A stretch of 47,159 nucleotides of DNA, taken from the NCBI GenBank assembly GCA_038844785.1, contig JAWBRA010000014.1, forward strand, positions 1 through 47,159. The letters are read 5' to 3'. Below are positions 28,375-37,855 of the stretch, piece by piece. This stretch comes from Candidatus Caldarchaeum sp. Lineage in GTDB: Archaea; Thermoproteota; Nitrososphaeria_A; Caldarchaeales; Caldarchaeaceae. The notes under the pieces are model-generated. The model saw only the letters and a program-made list of their open reading frames with translations, ran no database searches and was not told the origin of the DNA. How positions within the stretch are numbered: the stretch's first letter is position 1; every line of letters starts with the position of its first letter. The position numbers and the translations under genes are program-made.

Positions 28375-28855
28375 TTTTTTTAGGCTTGTAGCCGTCTCTT
28401 AGCCTCCATCTCCCCCGTCCGCGTTGGGGATTTCCCTGTCGGGAGGCTTTTGGGCGGACGGTGTCAGCCTGACGGCGGAAGCCCAGCCGGAGAAGCACCC
28501 CATCCATCGTCCCAACAACGTTCTACCAACTCCGTGAACACCCTGGTATCGCCGGAGGGTCCTGAGGCAACCCCTTGTGCTCAACCGTGGGTGGTCTGGG
28601 GGTCCGACCCACACCCCCAACTACCCTCCGTGCGTTACCGTCTGGACTGTTTAGGGTTGTAGGCTTCGTCGGCGGGGATACCCCTCCTTAAGCGGACGCT
28701 CCTGCTGACGGGTTGAGTTTTTTCGACCCCGCCTCCGCCATGGCGGGAGCCGTCTCAGCCCACGCCTCATCAAACCTCAACCCGCGGGGAAGCCCATTCA
28801 AAGAGGCTATCCAACACCTCTGCAGAAACCATCCTACTAAACATGTGTAAAAAAC

Positions 28856-29404
28856 GGTACTGTCAGCCAGCTATTGCACTTTCTTCCGTTATGGGTGTTA
28901 TGTTGTTGTTAGGGCTATGGCTTATGCTATCTCTTCTATGCCTTCTTGTTGTTGTAGAGCCTCCTTGTCCTCTCCTCCAGCTCCCTGAACAACCTCTCAC
29001 CAAACGTTTCCTAGAAGCATTCTATGCCTAGACGTTTAGAGCCCATGAATACGATGGACCCCTTGCCACTATTACCTTCACATGCCCTTAGGACCGTCCT
29101 AGGGAAAGCGTATACCGCTGTTATCTCGCCTGCATGACGTCGACAGCAGACCATACATAGGCCATCCTGACGAGATATGGAACCAACCCCTAACAGACTC
29201 AAGGCTTACCTAGAATACTAGCCCGCATAACATCCCGACCACCCTCCTAAGCCCCCTCGACGTATAGCCTAACGCCGAAAGCCCTAACCCAAGGAGACAT
29301 CCTGAGACAATTCCTATCACAGAAGACGGCATAGGCCAACCCAAACTCTATCCACCACCAACGAACGGGAAGACCCAGACCATAGACCTTAAGTTGACAG
29401 TCCC
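28856..29404 (-). mobile_element. decayed IS6-family element (549 bp), transposase pseudogene
   Basis: Ends GGTACTGTCA (28856) and TGACAGTCCC (to 29404), 9/10 inverted match. Minus-strand fragments RTVLRACEG, KRLGIECF*ETFG, ERLFRELEERTRRLYNN, IEEIA*AIAL match the IS6 tail at nt 1-119. Confidence 0.78.
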
Positions 29405-29548
29405 GAAGACTATGTCGTGTTGTTGGGGGAGATATGACATTACAGCAGGATAGAGGTATGTGTAAACCGTTGTTCTATTTAGAGGCTAAAGACGGGAGAG
29501 AGGTTAGAATAGCCATATGGGTTGAAGACGGAACACCACATTTCAGCT

Positions 29549-29752
29549 ATGGAGCCTCTGTTTATTCCTTCAGGCCGTCAGCCACAATATGACAGGGGAG
29601 AACAGTATTGTAGAAAATGCTGTCAAACCTTCCCCAACAGAGATAAATGTCCAAAACTGCAACAGAATATTAAGGAAAAAACCAAGAAGAAAAAAGAAAA
29701 ACAACATCACATCAAAAAATCTAATTATAAGGCGGACGATCTTCCAGACTGA
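29549..29752 (+). pseudogene. frameshifted small zinc-ribbon protein
   Basis: GEQYCRKC...DKCP in one frame continues as (N)CNRILRKKPRRKK in another; the shift lies in TGTCCAAAACTGC near 29653. Confidence 0.5.
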
Positions 29753-29770
29753 TCCATCGGCCCCCAGACA

Positions 29771-30001
29771 TTATTTTTCACCCAAAACTAAGTACATTAT
29801 GTTGTTGCCTCTTATCAAAACCTTCGGGTAGCCGGCTGTTTTGCTGTCACCATGGTATTCGACAACGTGTTCAAGCAGAAGGTTCATGTACCCGTCGCAT
29901 TCAACCATCAACCCTTCATATCTGACCTCGTTTTTGAGAAAAACTTTAACAGGCTTGTTGAGGTTCCGCATGATTGTTGAAAGGGGTTTGACGGATTCCA
30001 A
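29771..30001 (-). CDS. Sm-like archaeal protein (Lsm/SmAP)
   Basis: KPL...LNKPVKVFLKN...Y.G.M..CDGYMNLLL, VLIRGNNI; TTG start at 30001 preferred. Confidence 0.92.
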   Translation of the reverse strand: MESVKPLSTIMRNLNKPVKVFLKNEVRYEGLMVECDGYMNLLLEHVVEYHGDSKTAGYPKVLIRGNNIMYLVLGEK

Positions 30002-30042
30002 AACTTCAGCACCGCAACATAGCATGTAAAGGTGAGATAATT

Positions 30043-30720
30043 TTAACTTGTAGGGCTTGCAAGCCTCAGCTCGCTGAAGCAGACGGTGCACACGATGTTT
30101 TCACCTATCTTCATAGATTCGTCCAAGGGGGCGCCGCATACAGGGCAGGGTATGGCTTTCGGGTCTGGTTTATAGAGTTCGGCTCCACACTGGCTGCATA
30201 CTTTCGCACCCAGAACGTTAACCGCACCACAGGTTTTGCAAACCTCGTCAACACCCCGTGTCACAACCACTACTTTGCCAGCCACAGGCCCTGTCTGCAG
30301 CTCCTGCTCCGTCCCAGCAGGCTTTTGTTCAATCCTCGGCTTGGGCGGGGTTACGGTCCTAACCTCTATTGAGGGCCTTTCCTCGGAAATCATAGATTCA
30401 AGCTCTTTTTCAATCATGTCCAGCTCGTTTCTGGCTCTTGGAGCTTGTCTCAAAGGCCTTCTTACTGGGGATGGGGGTTGAGAGGGATATACAGGAGCTG
30501 ACCGCATTCCCTTGACGAAAATCAAAAGCCCAGCTACTGTCACGGCCGCGCCTACAGCAGTTACAACCAACCCTGTTGGGAGGCCGGGGGCCAAAGGGTT
30601 GTCGTAAAAACGTTGGATCGGTGAGTCATATCCTCCCGTCAGAAAAAGGGCTACGATGGGTAAAAGAACTACTAAGACGCCTACAACCCCCAAAGCGACG
30701 CCAACCTTCGGGTTAACCAT
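30043..30720 (-). CDS. membrane protein with C-terminal zinc ribbons
   Basis: Two N-terminal TM helices; four CxxC pairs (CKTC, CSQC, CPVC, CTVC). Confidence 0.75.
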   Translation of the reverse strand: MVNPKVGVALGVVGVLVVLLPIVALFLTGGYDSPIQRFYDNPLAPGLPTGLVVTAVGAAVTVAGLLIFVKGMRSAPVYPSQPPSPVRRPLRQAPRARNELDMIEKELESMISEERPSIEVRTVTPPKPRIEQKPAGTEQELQTGPVAGKVVVVTRGVDEVCKTCGAVNVLGAKVCSQCGAELYKPDPKAIPCPVCGAPLDESMKIGENIVCTVCFSELRLASPTS

Positions 30721-30733
30721 TTTCGTAAACCGC

Positions 30734-33700
30734 TTACCCCAGCTGGTTATAAGTGTTACCGCCTAAGGTTTTGAAACCTATTCTCACAATCACACCGTCG
30801 ACATCCCACTCCCTCGAAAAATAGCCGGGAGGCAAGGGAGTCTTTGTGTCTGAAAGCTTTATAGTAGACCTGGTCTCCTCCTCGATGAACGTTTTTTTCA
30901 GGCTTATGTGGTGGCGGAATGCTTCGTCGTCAATCTGTATGACGCATTCTATCCTGTCCAAGATATTCAGGTCAGCCTCCTTTCTCATCACTTGGACACG
31001 TCTTATTATTTCTTTGGCGGCTGAAACAGCTTCAAGCTCTTCAGACATCCTAAGGTCTACGTATACCTCGGCGTTGCCGTCTTCCGCCATTGAATAGTGT
31101 TCAGGCATTGTCTTTTTCAATATGAAGTATGTCTGGGGGAGAAAGACTTCGCCGTCGGACAGCTTAACCAATAAGCCGCCGGCATTCTCCAACTGCTGTT
31201 TAAGCTGCGTCCCATCGCTTCTTCTTAGGTATTCCAGCAGTTCAGGAAGCTTTCGACCTAGCTTTGGCCCCGCTTTGGAAAGGTCTGCCTCAACAACCCA
31301 TCTGACGTCCTCAAAAACGGAGCCTGGCGGTAATACCTCGACTTTTTCAGCGTTGGCCGCCTCTTTTAGGAAGCCTTCAAAAGTCTTGACAGCCTCGTAG
31401 GTTTTCTGGTTTTTCGACACAACGATAACACGTGCAACAGGTGAACGGAGTTTCCTACCACCTTTTTGACGGGCCGCCAGCACAGCTGTCAAAACATCTT
31501 TGACGACATCCATTTTAGCGAGCAGTGTCTTGTCAAGCAGCTTTTCATCGGGCTGAGGCCATCTCTCCAAGTGTATGCTTTCCTTGTCATCCTCTTGCTT
31601 GACAAACTCGTACAAGGCGTCCGCTATAAATGGTGCGAAGGGAGCGAGTATCTGGAGTGTTTTCCTGAGAACGTAGTAGAGGCATGCATAGGCAGCCATT
31701 TTCTCACGCGTCTGTGTTTCAGCCCACGCAAGCCGTCTTACGGAACGGAGATAAGTCCTGCTTAAATCATCCGTAATGAAGGACAGTAGCTCTCGAGCAG
31801 CTCTATGTATCTCCATTTCTTCGAGGCTTGAAGACATCTTCGATACAACGTCGTTAACCCTCGCCAAAATCCATCTATCTTCTGGTCTCAAAAAATCGAG
31901 ATAGTTTTCTAGGCGGTGGGTTTTGGGGTCGAACTGGTCGAGCCTTGAGTATGTTGACGCGAAGACGAACACGTTCCAAAGTATGTTGAGGTTTTCAGCT
32001 GTTTGGAAAACTTCAGACGGCACGAAGTTGATCGTGGTCCACACCTCGGCTTTGCTGGCAAGATAAATACGCAAGGGGTCGACGCCGAACCTTTCGAAGG
32101 CCTCCTCAGCCCAAACAACGTTCCCCCTAGACTTTGACATTTTCTTGCCGTATTCATCCAACACATGCCCCTGGTTTAAGACCGTTTTGTACGGTGGAAT
32201 GCCCTCTAGTAAGGTGGATGTGAAAAGGAGGGTGTAAAACCATCCCCTAGTCTGGTCAATTGCTTCCGTCACAAAATCATAGGGATACAGCGTTCTGTAG
32301 AGCTGAGGGTTCTTCAACGCGTTTACGCTGGCGAAAAACGCAACACCGGAGTCCAGCCAAGTATCTAGAACAAAAGAGACGCGTCTCATCATCCCTCCGC
32401 ATTCAGGACATTTGAACACGTACATATCTATCCAAGGTCTGTGCATCCGCTGGATGGCTGGCTTCTCGACAGCGTCCTCAAGCTCGTTCCTCGAGCCTAC
32501 GACCTTCTTAAAACCACAGTTCTCGCATTTCCAAACGTTTAAAGGAGTCCCCCATATCTTGCTCCGGGATATGCACCAGTCCTGAGCGTTGGCAAGCCAG
32601 TCTCCGAAACGGTTTGTTCCAGCCCATTCAGGCCACCACTTAACCTTCTTATTGCCCTCTATCATTTTCTCCTTTATTTTCTCAACTTTTAAAAACCATT
32701 GGACGCTTGAAAGATATATCAACTTTCTCCCACATCTCCAGCAGTGTGGGTAGCTGTGCAGAATTTCACCCCGTTTGACGAGAAGGTTTTTGCGTTGAAG
32801 ATCTTGTATTATTTTCTCGGAGGCCGCTTCAACGTCGAGGCCGGAGTACGATCCTCCATCATCGGTAAAAACACCATTAGTTGAAACTGGGCAGAATATG
32901 TTTAACTGGTGTTTGAGGCCTAGTTCAAAGTCTTCTGGACCGTGGGCGGGGGCTATGTGGACAAACCCGCTGCCCTCCTCCAATGTTACATGCTCCGAGG
33001 AGATGATGATGTGGCTGTGTTGCCTGTGAAAAGGAACTTCAACTGCTAATGGATGAATGTATCCTCTGCCTTCAAAATTTTTGCCCGGGATTGTTTTTCT
33101 GATTTTGAAAGAGGTAATGCCCGTCTCCGTAGCAAATTTGTCGAGGAGTTTCTCGGCGACATACCATGTTTCCCCGTCAACCTCAAGCTCTGCGTAGTCT
33201 GCTTCTGAAGCGACTGCGACAGCCTCGTTTCCTGGAAGTGTCCATGGGGTTGTTGTCCATATTATCACGTACCCGTCATCAACCAACGGTATCTTGACGT
33301 AAATAGAGGGGTCTGTGATCTCCTCATATCCCTGTGCAAGCTCGTGTTGAGATAAAGCTGTTTCACAGTGCGGGCATACTGGAACTACTCTCAGGCTTTC
33401 GACCAGGTTGCCGTCTTCGTATGCTTTCTTAAGCAAGAACCACACATGCTCCATGTATTCCTCTTTGCGTGTCTCGTATGCGTTGTCGTAGTCGAGCCAG
33501 AGGCCGAGCCTTTCGCTTGCTCTCCTCCAGTGCTCTATATAGTGGTCAACTAATTTGTTGGCTTCTTCGACGAACTTTTCAAGCCCTATCTTCTCAACGT
33601 CTTTTTTGCTTGTTATTCCAAGCCTTTTTTCAACTTCAATCTCCGTAGGTAGGCCTTGACAGTCCCATCCAGCCCGCCTCCAGACGTCGTATCCTTGCAT

Positions 33701-33937
33701 GGACTTGTAGCGCAGCACGATGTCTTTGTATACCCTACCCCTTGTATGTCCCACATGCATGTATCCGTTCACAGTCGGAGGCCCTTCCAGAAACGAGAAC
33801 AATGGACCCCCCCTGTTCATCTCCATTGTTTTCTGCGGTATTTTGAGCCTCTCCCACTTTCTCAAGACTTCATGCTCGACAACCTTTGGGCCGTATCTCT
33901 TCAGCGTGGTCAGCTCCTTCATTACCCTGAAAATCAT
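30734..33937 (-). CDS. ileS: isoleucine--tRNA ligase (archaeal/eukaryotic type)
   Basis: EGPP..NG.MHVGH, GWDCQGLP.E, WTTTPWTLPGN, DWCISR, DQTRGWF, KMSKS. Confidence 0.97.
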   Translation of the reverse strand: MIFRVMKELTTLKRYGPKVVEHEVLRKWERLKIPQKTMEMNRGGPLFSFLEGPPTVNGYMHVGHTRGRVYKDIVLRYKSMQGYDVWRRAGWDCQGLPTEIEVEKRLGITSKKDVEKIGLEKFVEEANKLVDHYIEHWRRASERLGLWLDYDNAYETRKEEYMEHVWFLLKKAYEDGNLVESLRVVPVCPHCETALSQHELAQGYEEITDPSIYVKIPLVDDGYVIIWTTTPWTLPGNEAVAVASEADYAELEVDGETWYVAEKLLDKFATETGITSFKIRKTIPGKNFEGRGYIHPLAVEVPFHRQHSHIIISSEHVTLEEGSGFVHIAPAHGPEDFELGLKHQLNIFCPVSTNGVFTDDGGSYSGLDVEAASEKIIQDLQRKNLLVKRGEILHSYPHCWRCGRKLIYLSSVQWFLKVEKIKEKMIEGNKKVKWWPEWAGTNRFGDWLANAQDWCISRSKIWGTPLNVWKCENCGFKKVVGSRNELEDAVEKPAIQRMHRPWIDMYVFKCPECGGMMRRVSFVLDTWLDSGVAFFASVNALKNPQLYRTLYPYDFVTEAIDQTRGWFYTLLFTSTLLEGIPPYKTVLNQGHVLDEYGKKMSKSRGNVVWAEEAFERFGVDPLRIYLASKAEVWTTINFVPSEVFQTAENLNILWNVFVFASTYSRLDQFDPKTHRLENYLDFLRPEDRWILARVNDVVSKMSSSLEEMEIHRAARELLSFITDDLSRTYLRSVRRLAWAETQTREKMAAYACLYYVLRKTLQILAPFAPFIADALYEFVKQEDDKESIHLERWPQPDEKLLDKTLLAKMDVVKDVLTAVLAARQKGGRKLRSPVARVIVVSKNQKTYEAVKTFEGFLKEAANAEKVEVLPPGSVFEDVRWVVEADLSKAGPKLGRKLPELLEYLRRSDGTQLKQQLENAGGLLVKLSDGEVFLPQTYFILKKTMPEHYSMAEDGNAEVYVDLRMSEELEAVSAAKEIIRRVQVMRKEADLNILDRIECVIQIDDEAFRHHISLKKTFIEEETRSTIKLSDTKTPLPPGYFSREWDVDGVIVRIGFKTLGGNTYNQLG

Positions 33938-34020
33938 GTCTGCTTTTTGCAGTCTTTAAAGGTTAACGATACTGATGTTGGGGGAACAGTTATAAGTTTC
34001 GACGGTCTTCATCCATTGTC

Positions 34021-34512
34021 ATGAGCCATGTTCTGGACAAGCTGCCCAAGTTTCCAACCCCTTATCAGCCTTCTCGAGAAAGTCTGTTGAGGGTATGCGG
34101 CCTTGTGGCTCGAAAGCTTGAGCTTTCCATATCGGATGTTAAAAAGCTTCCGCGAACATCGCTTACCTTCGACTTTAACTGTGTTGAAGGATGGGCTGTG
34201 CCTCAAACCGAATGGCAAGGCGTGAAAGTAGGGACGGTTTTGAAGACGGCGGAACCTTATCCTGAAGCACGGTACGCTGTATTTAAGTCGGGCAACTACA
34301 CTGAATGCTTCCCCCTGTCCGACACAGATGACATGCTAATCGCTTACATGTATCGTGGAAGGATGCTGGAGGTCGAGCATGGAGGCCCTTTCAGACTTGT
34401 GTTCCCAAACCAAGCCTGCTACCAAAGTATCAAATGGCTCTCTGAAATCGAGCTGACGACGGATTATGTTGAGGGAACTGCGAAGAAGATAGCTTTGGCG
34501 AGAATCAAATAA
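34021..34512 (+). CDS. small molybdopterin-dependent oxidoreductase (sulfite oxidase family)
   Basis: DFNCVEGW with Mo-ligand Cys, WQGV, EHGGPFRL, SIKWL. Confidence 0.85.
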   Translation: MSHVLDKLPKFPTPYQPSRESLLRVCGLVARKLELSISDVKKLPRTSLTFDFNCVEGWAVPQTEWQGVKVGTVLKTAEPYPEARYAVFKSGNYTECFPLSDTDDMLIAYMYRGRMLEVEHGGPFRLVFPNQACYQSIKWLSEIELTTDYVEGTAKKIALARIK

Positions 34513-35101
34513 GCTTCTCCAGCTCCTTCGCCATCTCCTCCCCAGACATCTCCGGCGTGAAGATTTTACGCAGGATTAAGTTTTTGTCTGCTACGTATAT
34601 CAGGGCCGAGTGAGAGACGTAGGTTCCGCTGCCTGTTTTCTCAACCGGACTTACATGGTATTTTTCCCAGACCTTAGCAAGATCTTCCAGGCTTCCCGTC
34701 AACGCGGTTATATGCGGGCTGAATGAAGACACGTAGGCCTCCAGAGCGTTAGGAGTATCTCTGTAAGGGTCTGTCGTTATGAACACCATGGCCACGTTGT
34801 CGACCTTGTTTCCTAAGAGCCTTTCAAGTTCTGCGTATTTTTTCAGAACCATTGGGCATAGGTCGGGGCAGTTGACGTAGCCGAAGAACAGTAGAACAAC
34901 TTTCCCCCTCATCGACTGCAGGCTGACCAACTCTCCGCGAGTGTTTCTGAGGATGAAAGATGGTAGAGGTTGACCGCTAACCAGCAATTCTGTCTCCGCA
35001 GGTTTGCCGATGCCATCACCTGTGTAATTTGTGGCTAAAAAATAAGTCGCAACTATAATTATTGTCGCCAGCTGCGCTGCCAGCAGTTTTTTATTTTTCA
35101 T
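34505..35101 (-). CDS. SCO1/SenC copper chaperone
   Basis: FFGYVNCPDLCP, DPYRDT, VSHS; N-terminal TM; overlaps the nirK stop. Confidence 0.92.
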   Translation of the reverse strand: MKNKKLLAAQLATIIIVATYFLATNYTGDGIGKPAETELLVSGQPLPSFILRNTRGELVSLQSMRGKVVLLFFGYVNCPDLCPMVLKKYAELERLLGNKVDNVAMVFITTDPYRDTPNALEAYVSSFSPHITALTGSLEDLAKVWEKYHVSPVEKTGSGTYVSHSALIYVADKNLILRKIFTPEMSGEEMAKELEKLI

Positions 35102-36548
35102 GTTTCTTTGAAGATTTTTCGCCGACGAAGACTAGCAGGCTTAGAACACTCAAGCCAGCGGCGAATACTACGAAAGCGGTTAGGTCGACCGTGAATCCTA
35201 TGCCTCCCCCAGCGGATATGCCAGCCGCTTGATAAGCTATTAACACTCCTTTCATGTAAGGATGAATTCCACAGACATACTGATACTCGCCTTCTTTCTC
35301 GATTTTGAAGCTGAACTTTTCAGCGTTCTTGAGTAAAGGTGACGCGAAAGAGACAGGGCCTTTGACCGCTGCGATGTTGTGCTGTCCCGTGATCTCGCCC
35401 GAGCCTATGCTCAAAACATCCTCATTCACCCACATCACGGTTGATCCTACGGGGACCCTTGCTATTTTCGGGTAGTAGCTGTTTCCAACAATTTGAATGA
35501 CTGCTTTCTCGCCGGGAAGGTATGTATGCGCCTCATCCTGGGATGTGGGTTCGAACGGCGCTATAACCCGTTTAACCTTATCCGGCAGTGGAAAAGATGG
35601 GCCGTCAGGCTTGACCACAGGCAAAGCTGTTGCGTTGACAGAGGATGCGATTAACCCTACTGCGCCTTTTATGGCCTGCGTTCCAAACGCATGCGAGACT
35701 ATGAGGAAGTTCCCTTCAGCGGGCACACGCCATTCGATAACGTATGAGTCTGTAGGTCCGACAGTCACCGTCTGCAACCCAACTTCAACGTTCGAGGGGT
35801 TTCCGCCTTTGTAGACATATTCCCATATACCTCCGACGGCGTGGAAGCTTGACGTCAGGCTAGGACCCACGTTCAGGAAATAGAACCTGACATAATCTCC
35901 GGGACGTGCAATTATGGGGTTGTTGACGTAGCGGAAGACCTGGCCGTTGAACATTACGTAGACTGGTTTTCCATCGAAGAAGTCACGGCCGTTAAGGTAT
36001 ACTTCATGCTGGATCAGATATATTCTAATATCCGGCTCTTTACCCAGCTGACGTTCAAGAAGATAGCTTCCCTTGTTAGGCTCTACAACTATCATTCCAT
36101 ACATTCCGGCGAGCGTGTGCGTGAGTATTCCATGCCCGCCTGGAGCGCAGTGATACATATAGACGCCTGGAAAATCAGCTTTGAAAACAAGCCTGCCTTC
36201 ACTCCCGGGGGCTATGTTTCCCACAAACTTGGAAGTCTGTGTATTCGCAGCATGTATCGAGAGACCGTGTGTGTACTGGCCTTGGTTTTTGACGATGATT
36301 TCGACAACATCACCCTCATTCGCTACAATTAACGGGCCAGGCGAGGTTTTGTTGAAAACGAAGGCACGGAAAACTATTCCATCGTCGATCACCACATCGG
36401 CTTCTTCAGTAATTAAGAGAAAGGATTTATCAGGCTTTACGTTTGGAGGCGGGTTTCCCGGAACTCCTGCAGCATATTCAAACGCTGATGAAGGAGCTAC
36501 GATCGCTAGCATGCTTAGGAGTAAAGCCAGAAAACTTATGGTTCTCAC
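35091..36548 (-). CDS. nirK: copper nitrite reductase with extra C-terminal cupredoxin domain and membrane anchor
   Basis: HGLSIH, YHCAPGGHGILTHTLAGM, SSFHAVG, VSHAF; C-terminal HNI...YVCGIHPYM; signal peptide and C-terminal TM. Confidence 0.85.
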   Translation of the reverse strand: MRTISFLALLLSMLAIVAPSSAFEYAAGVPGNPPPNVKPDKSFLLITEEADVVIDDGIVFRAFVFNKTSPGPLIVANEGDVVEIIVKNQGQYTHGLSIHAANTQTSKFVGNIAPGSEGRLVFKADFPGVYMYHCAPGGHGILTHTLAGMYGMIVVEPNKGSYLLERQLGKEPDIRIYLIQHEVYLNGRDFFDGKPVYVMFNGQVFRYVNNPIIARPGDYVRFYFLNVGPSLTSSFHAVGGIWEYVYKGGNPSNVEVGLQTVTVGPTDSYVIEWRVPAEGNFLIVSHAFGTQAIKGAVGLIASSVNATALPVVKPDGPSFPLPDKVKRVIAPFEPTSQDEAHTYLPGEKAVIQIVGNSYYPKIARVPVGSTVMWVNEDVLSIGSGEITGQHNIAAVKGPVSFASPLLKNAEKFSFKIEKEGEYQYVCGIHPYMKGVLIAYQAAGISAGGGIGFTVDLTAFVVFAAGLSVLSLLVFVGEKSSKKHEK

Positions 36549-36583
36549 GGCTTATCTTATACGTTAGAGTAAAAAAACAGGTT

Positions 36584-36642
36584 ATGCAACACTGTTGCAT
36601 TCATTATGGAATAATTTAAGTGTTGAATGCAATCTTTTGCAT
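36584..36642. promoter_or_regulatory. two palindromic putative operators ATGCAA-N4/5-TTGCAT between divergent nirK and its regulator
   Basis: ATGCAACA-C-TGTTGCAT (36584-36600) and ATGCAA-TCTT-TTGCAT (36627-36642). Confidence 0.6.
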
Positions 36643-36678
36643 ACGTTCGTTTTACGCAGGACCGTTGGTTTCTGGGAC

Positions 36679-37326
36679 ATGGTTTTAACCCACCATATAG
36701 TGGAACTGTTAGGTAGCTTGAGAAACACTCCTAGCCAGTTGACGATTGTAGTCAAAAACAGTAACTGTAAAGTTGTCCAGCGGCTGTTGTCAAAAAACCT
36801 GGAGGGTTCTTTCAAAAACATACGCGTGGGTGAAACTTTCTCCAGCCACTTAATCCATCTTTCAACACCGGTCGAGCTTGAACAACAAATGTTTACCGAC
36901 ATGACTGTTTACAAGATGGGCCGTGACTTTCTGTGGGTTGACTCCCCGAGCTGCAAAGCCTGCAAGACGTTGTCTAAGAGTTCTGCAATCCCAACCAGCG
37001 TCATTCTAATAAAGGGTTTGGGTGTGGTTTTTTCCTTTCTAACGCCTGGCCCCATTGTGTCGAAAAACATCTTGGAGAACATGCGGAAAGAGGGGCTTTC
37101 GGTCGATATTTTGAAGAGGTCTTCGTTAAACCTTAGGCAGGTTTTGACTAAGAAGCAGAGCGACGTTTTGTTCACAGCCATTTCTATGGGGTATTTCTCG
37201 CCCCAGAGAGACCATAGTCTGAGCGACATAGCCGAAAGGCTTGGTCTGTCCAAGTCTACTGTCTCAAGGCATCTGAGGGCTGCGATAAGGAAGCTAGCTT
37301 TATCTCATCCTAGTGAAACTTTATAG
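36679..37326 (+). CDS. Bat-type (HTH_10) transcriptional regulator
   Basis: C-terminal LTKKQ..VL..A..MGYF..QR..SL.DIA..LG.SKSTVS.HLR.A..K; internal CKAC; ATG 36679 preferred. Confidence 0.85.
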   Translation: MVLTHHIVELLGSLRNTPSQLTIVVKNSNCKVVQRLLSKNLEGSFKNIRVGETFSSHLIHLSTPVELEQQMFTDMTVYKMGRDFLWVDSPSCKACKTLSKSSAIPTSVILIKGLGVVFSFLTPGPIVSKNILENMRKEGLSVDILKRSSLNLRQVLTKKQSDVLFTAISMGYFSPQRDHSLSDIAERLGLSKSTVSRHLRAAIRKLALSHPSETL

Positions 37327-37822
37327 GCTGGCCCATTTTGCCGTGGAAAACTAGAGATTCCAGCGGCTGCCTGCTCTTCCTTCCCACCACCTTACGCTTG
37401 GGATAGCCGAACCCTACGACACACGCTATGTGATATTCTGAGGGGATGGCGAACTTCTGCCTCATCGCCTTCTCATTGTAGCCTGTATATATCCTCGACC
37501 CAACCCCCCTGTTCCAAGCCGCCAGCTGCATGTGGGTAATAACCCGGCCCGCATCTATGAGATGCCATGGATACCTCGGCGAAGTCAAGACAATCACAGC
37601 ACAGCTACATTGAGAAACCCATTTGCCGCTTGTGCTTATTTCGGCAAGGGTTTTCAGATCCTCACGGTCGTCAACCAGTATGAACCGCCAGTGCTGGCTG
37701 TTTAGACCGCTGGGGGAAAGACGTGCTGCTTCAAAAATTTCTCGAACGATCTCCTCCGGGATTGGTCTGGAGTCGTATTCCCTAAGCTCAAGCCTTGTTT
37801 TTATCGCCTCGAAAACATCCAT
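37310..37822 (-). CDS. nitroreductase family protein
   Basis: EAIKTR, AARLSPSGLNSQHW.F, DAG, LAAW..GVGS, GFGYP. Confidence 0.9.
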   Translation of the reverse strand: MDVFEAIKTRLELREYDSRPIPEEIVREIFEAARLSPSGLNSQHWRFILVDDREDLKTLAEISTSGKWVSQCSCAVIVLTSPRYPWHLIDAGRVITHMQLAAWNRGVGSRIYTGYNEKAMRQKFAIPSEYHIACVVGFGYPKRKVVGRKSRQPLESLVFHGKMGQPIKFH

Positions 37823-37855
37823 GGATTATCTTTGCTTTTACGGTAGTAAAAAGGC

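Noticed and set aside
27882-28662. Short ORFs on both strands (122, 97, 90, 79, 73, 70 aa)
   Set aside because: Pro/Gly/Arg-rich, overlapping and without motifs, as expected of GC-rich non-coding DNA. Decayed gene fragments at 28119-28391 and 28400-28845 cannot be excluded.
26746-28850. CRISPR or multi-unit TIGR array
   Set aside because: No regularly spaced direct repeats; only one GCC-N9-TACC pair was found and no cas genes are present.
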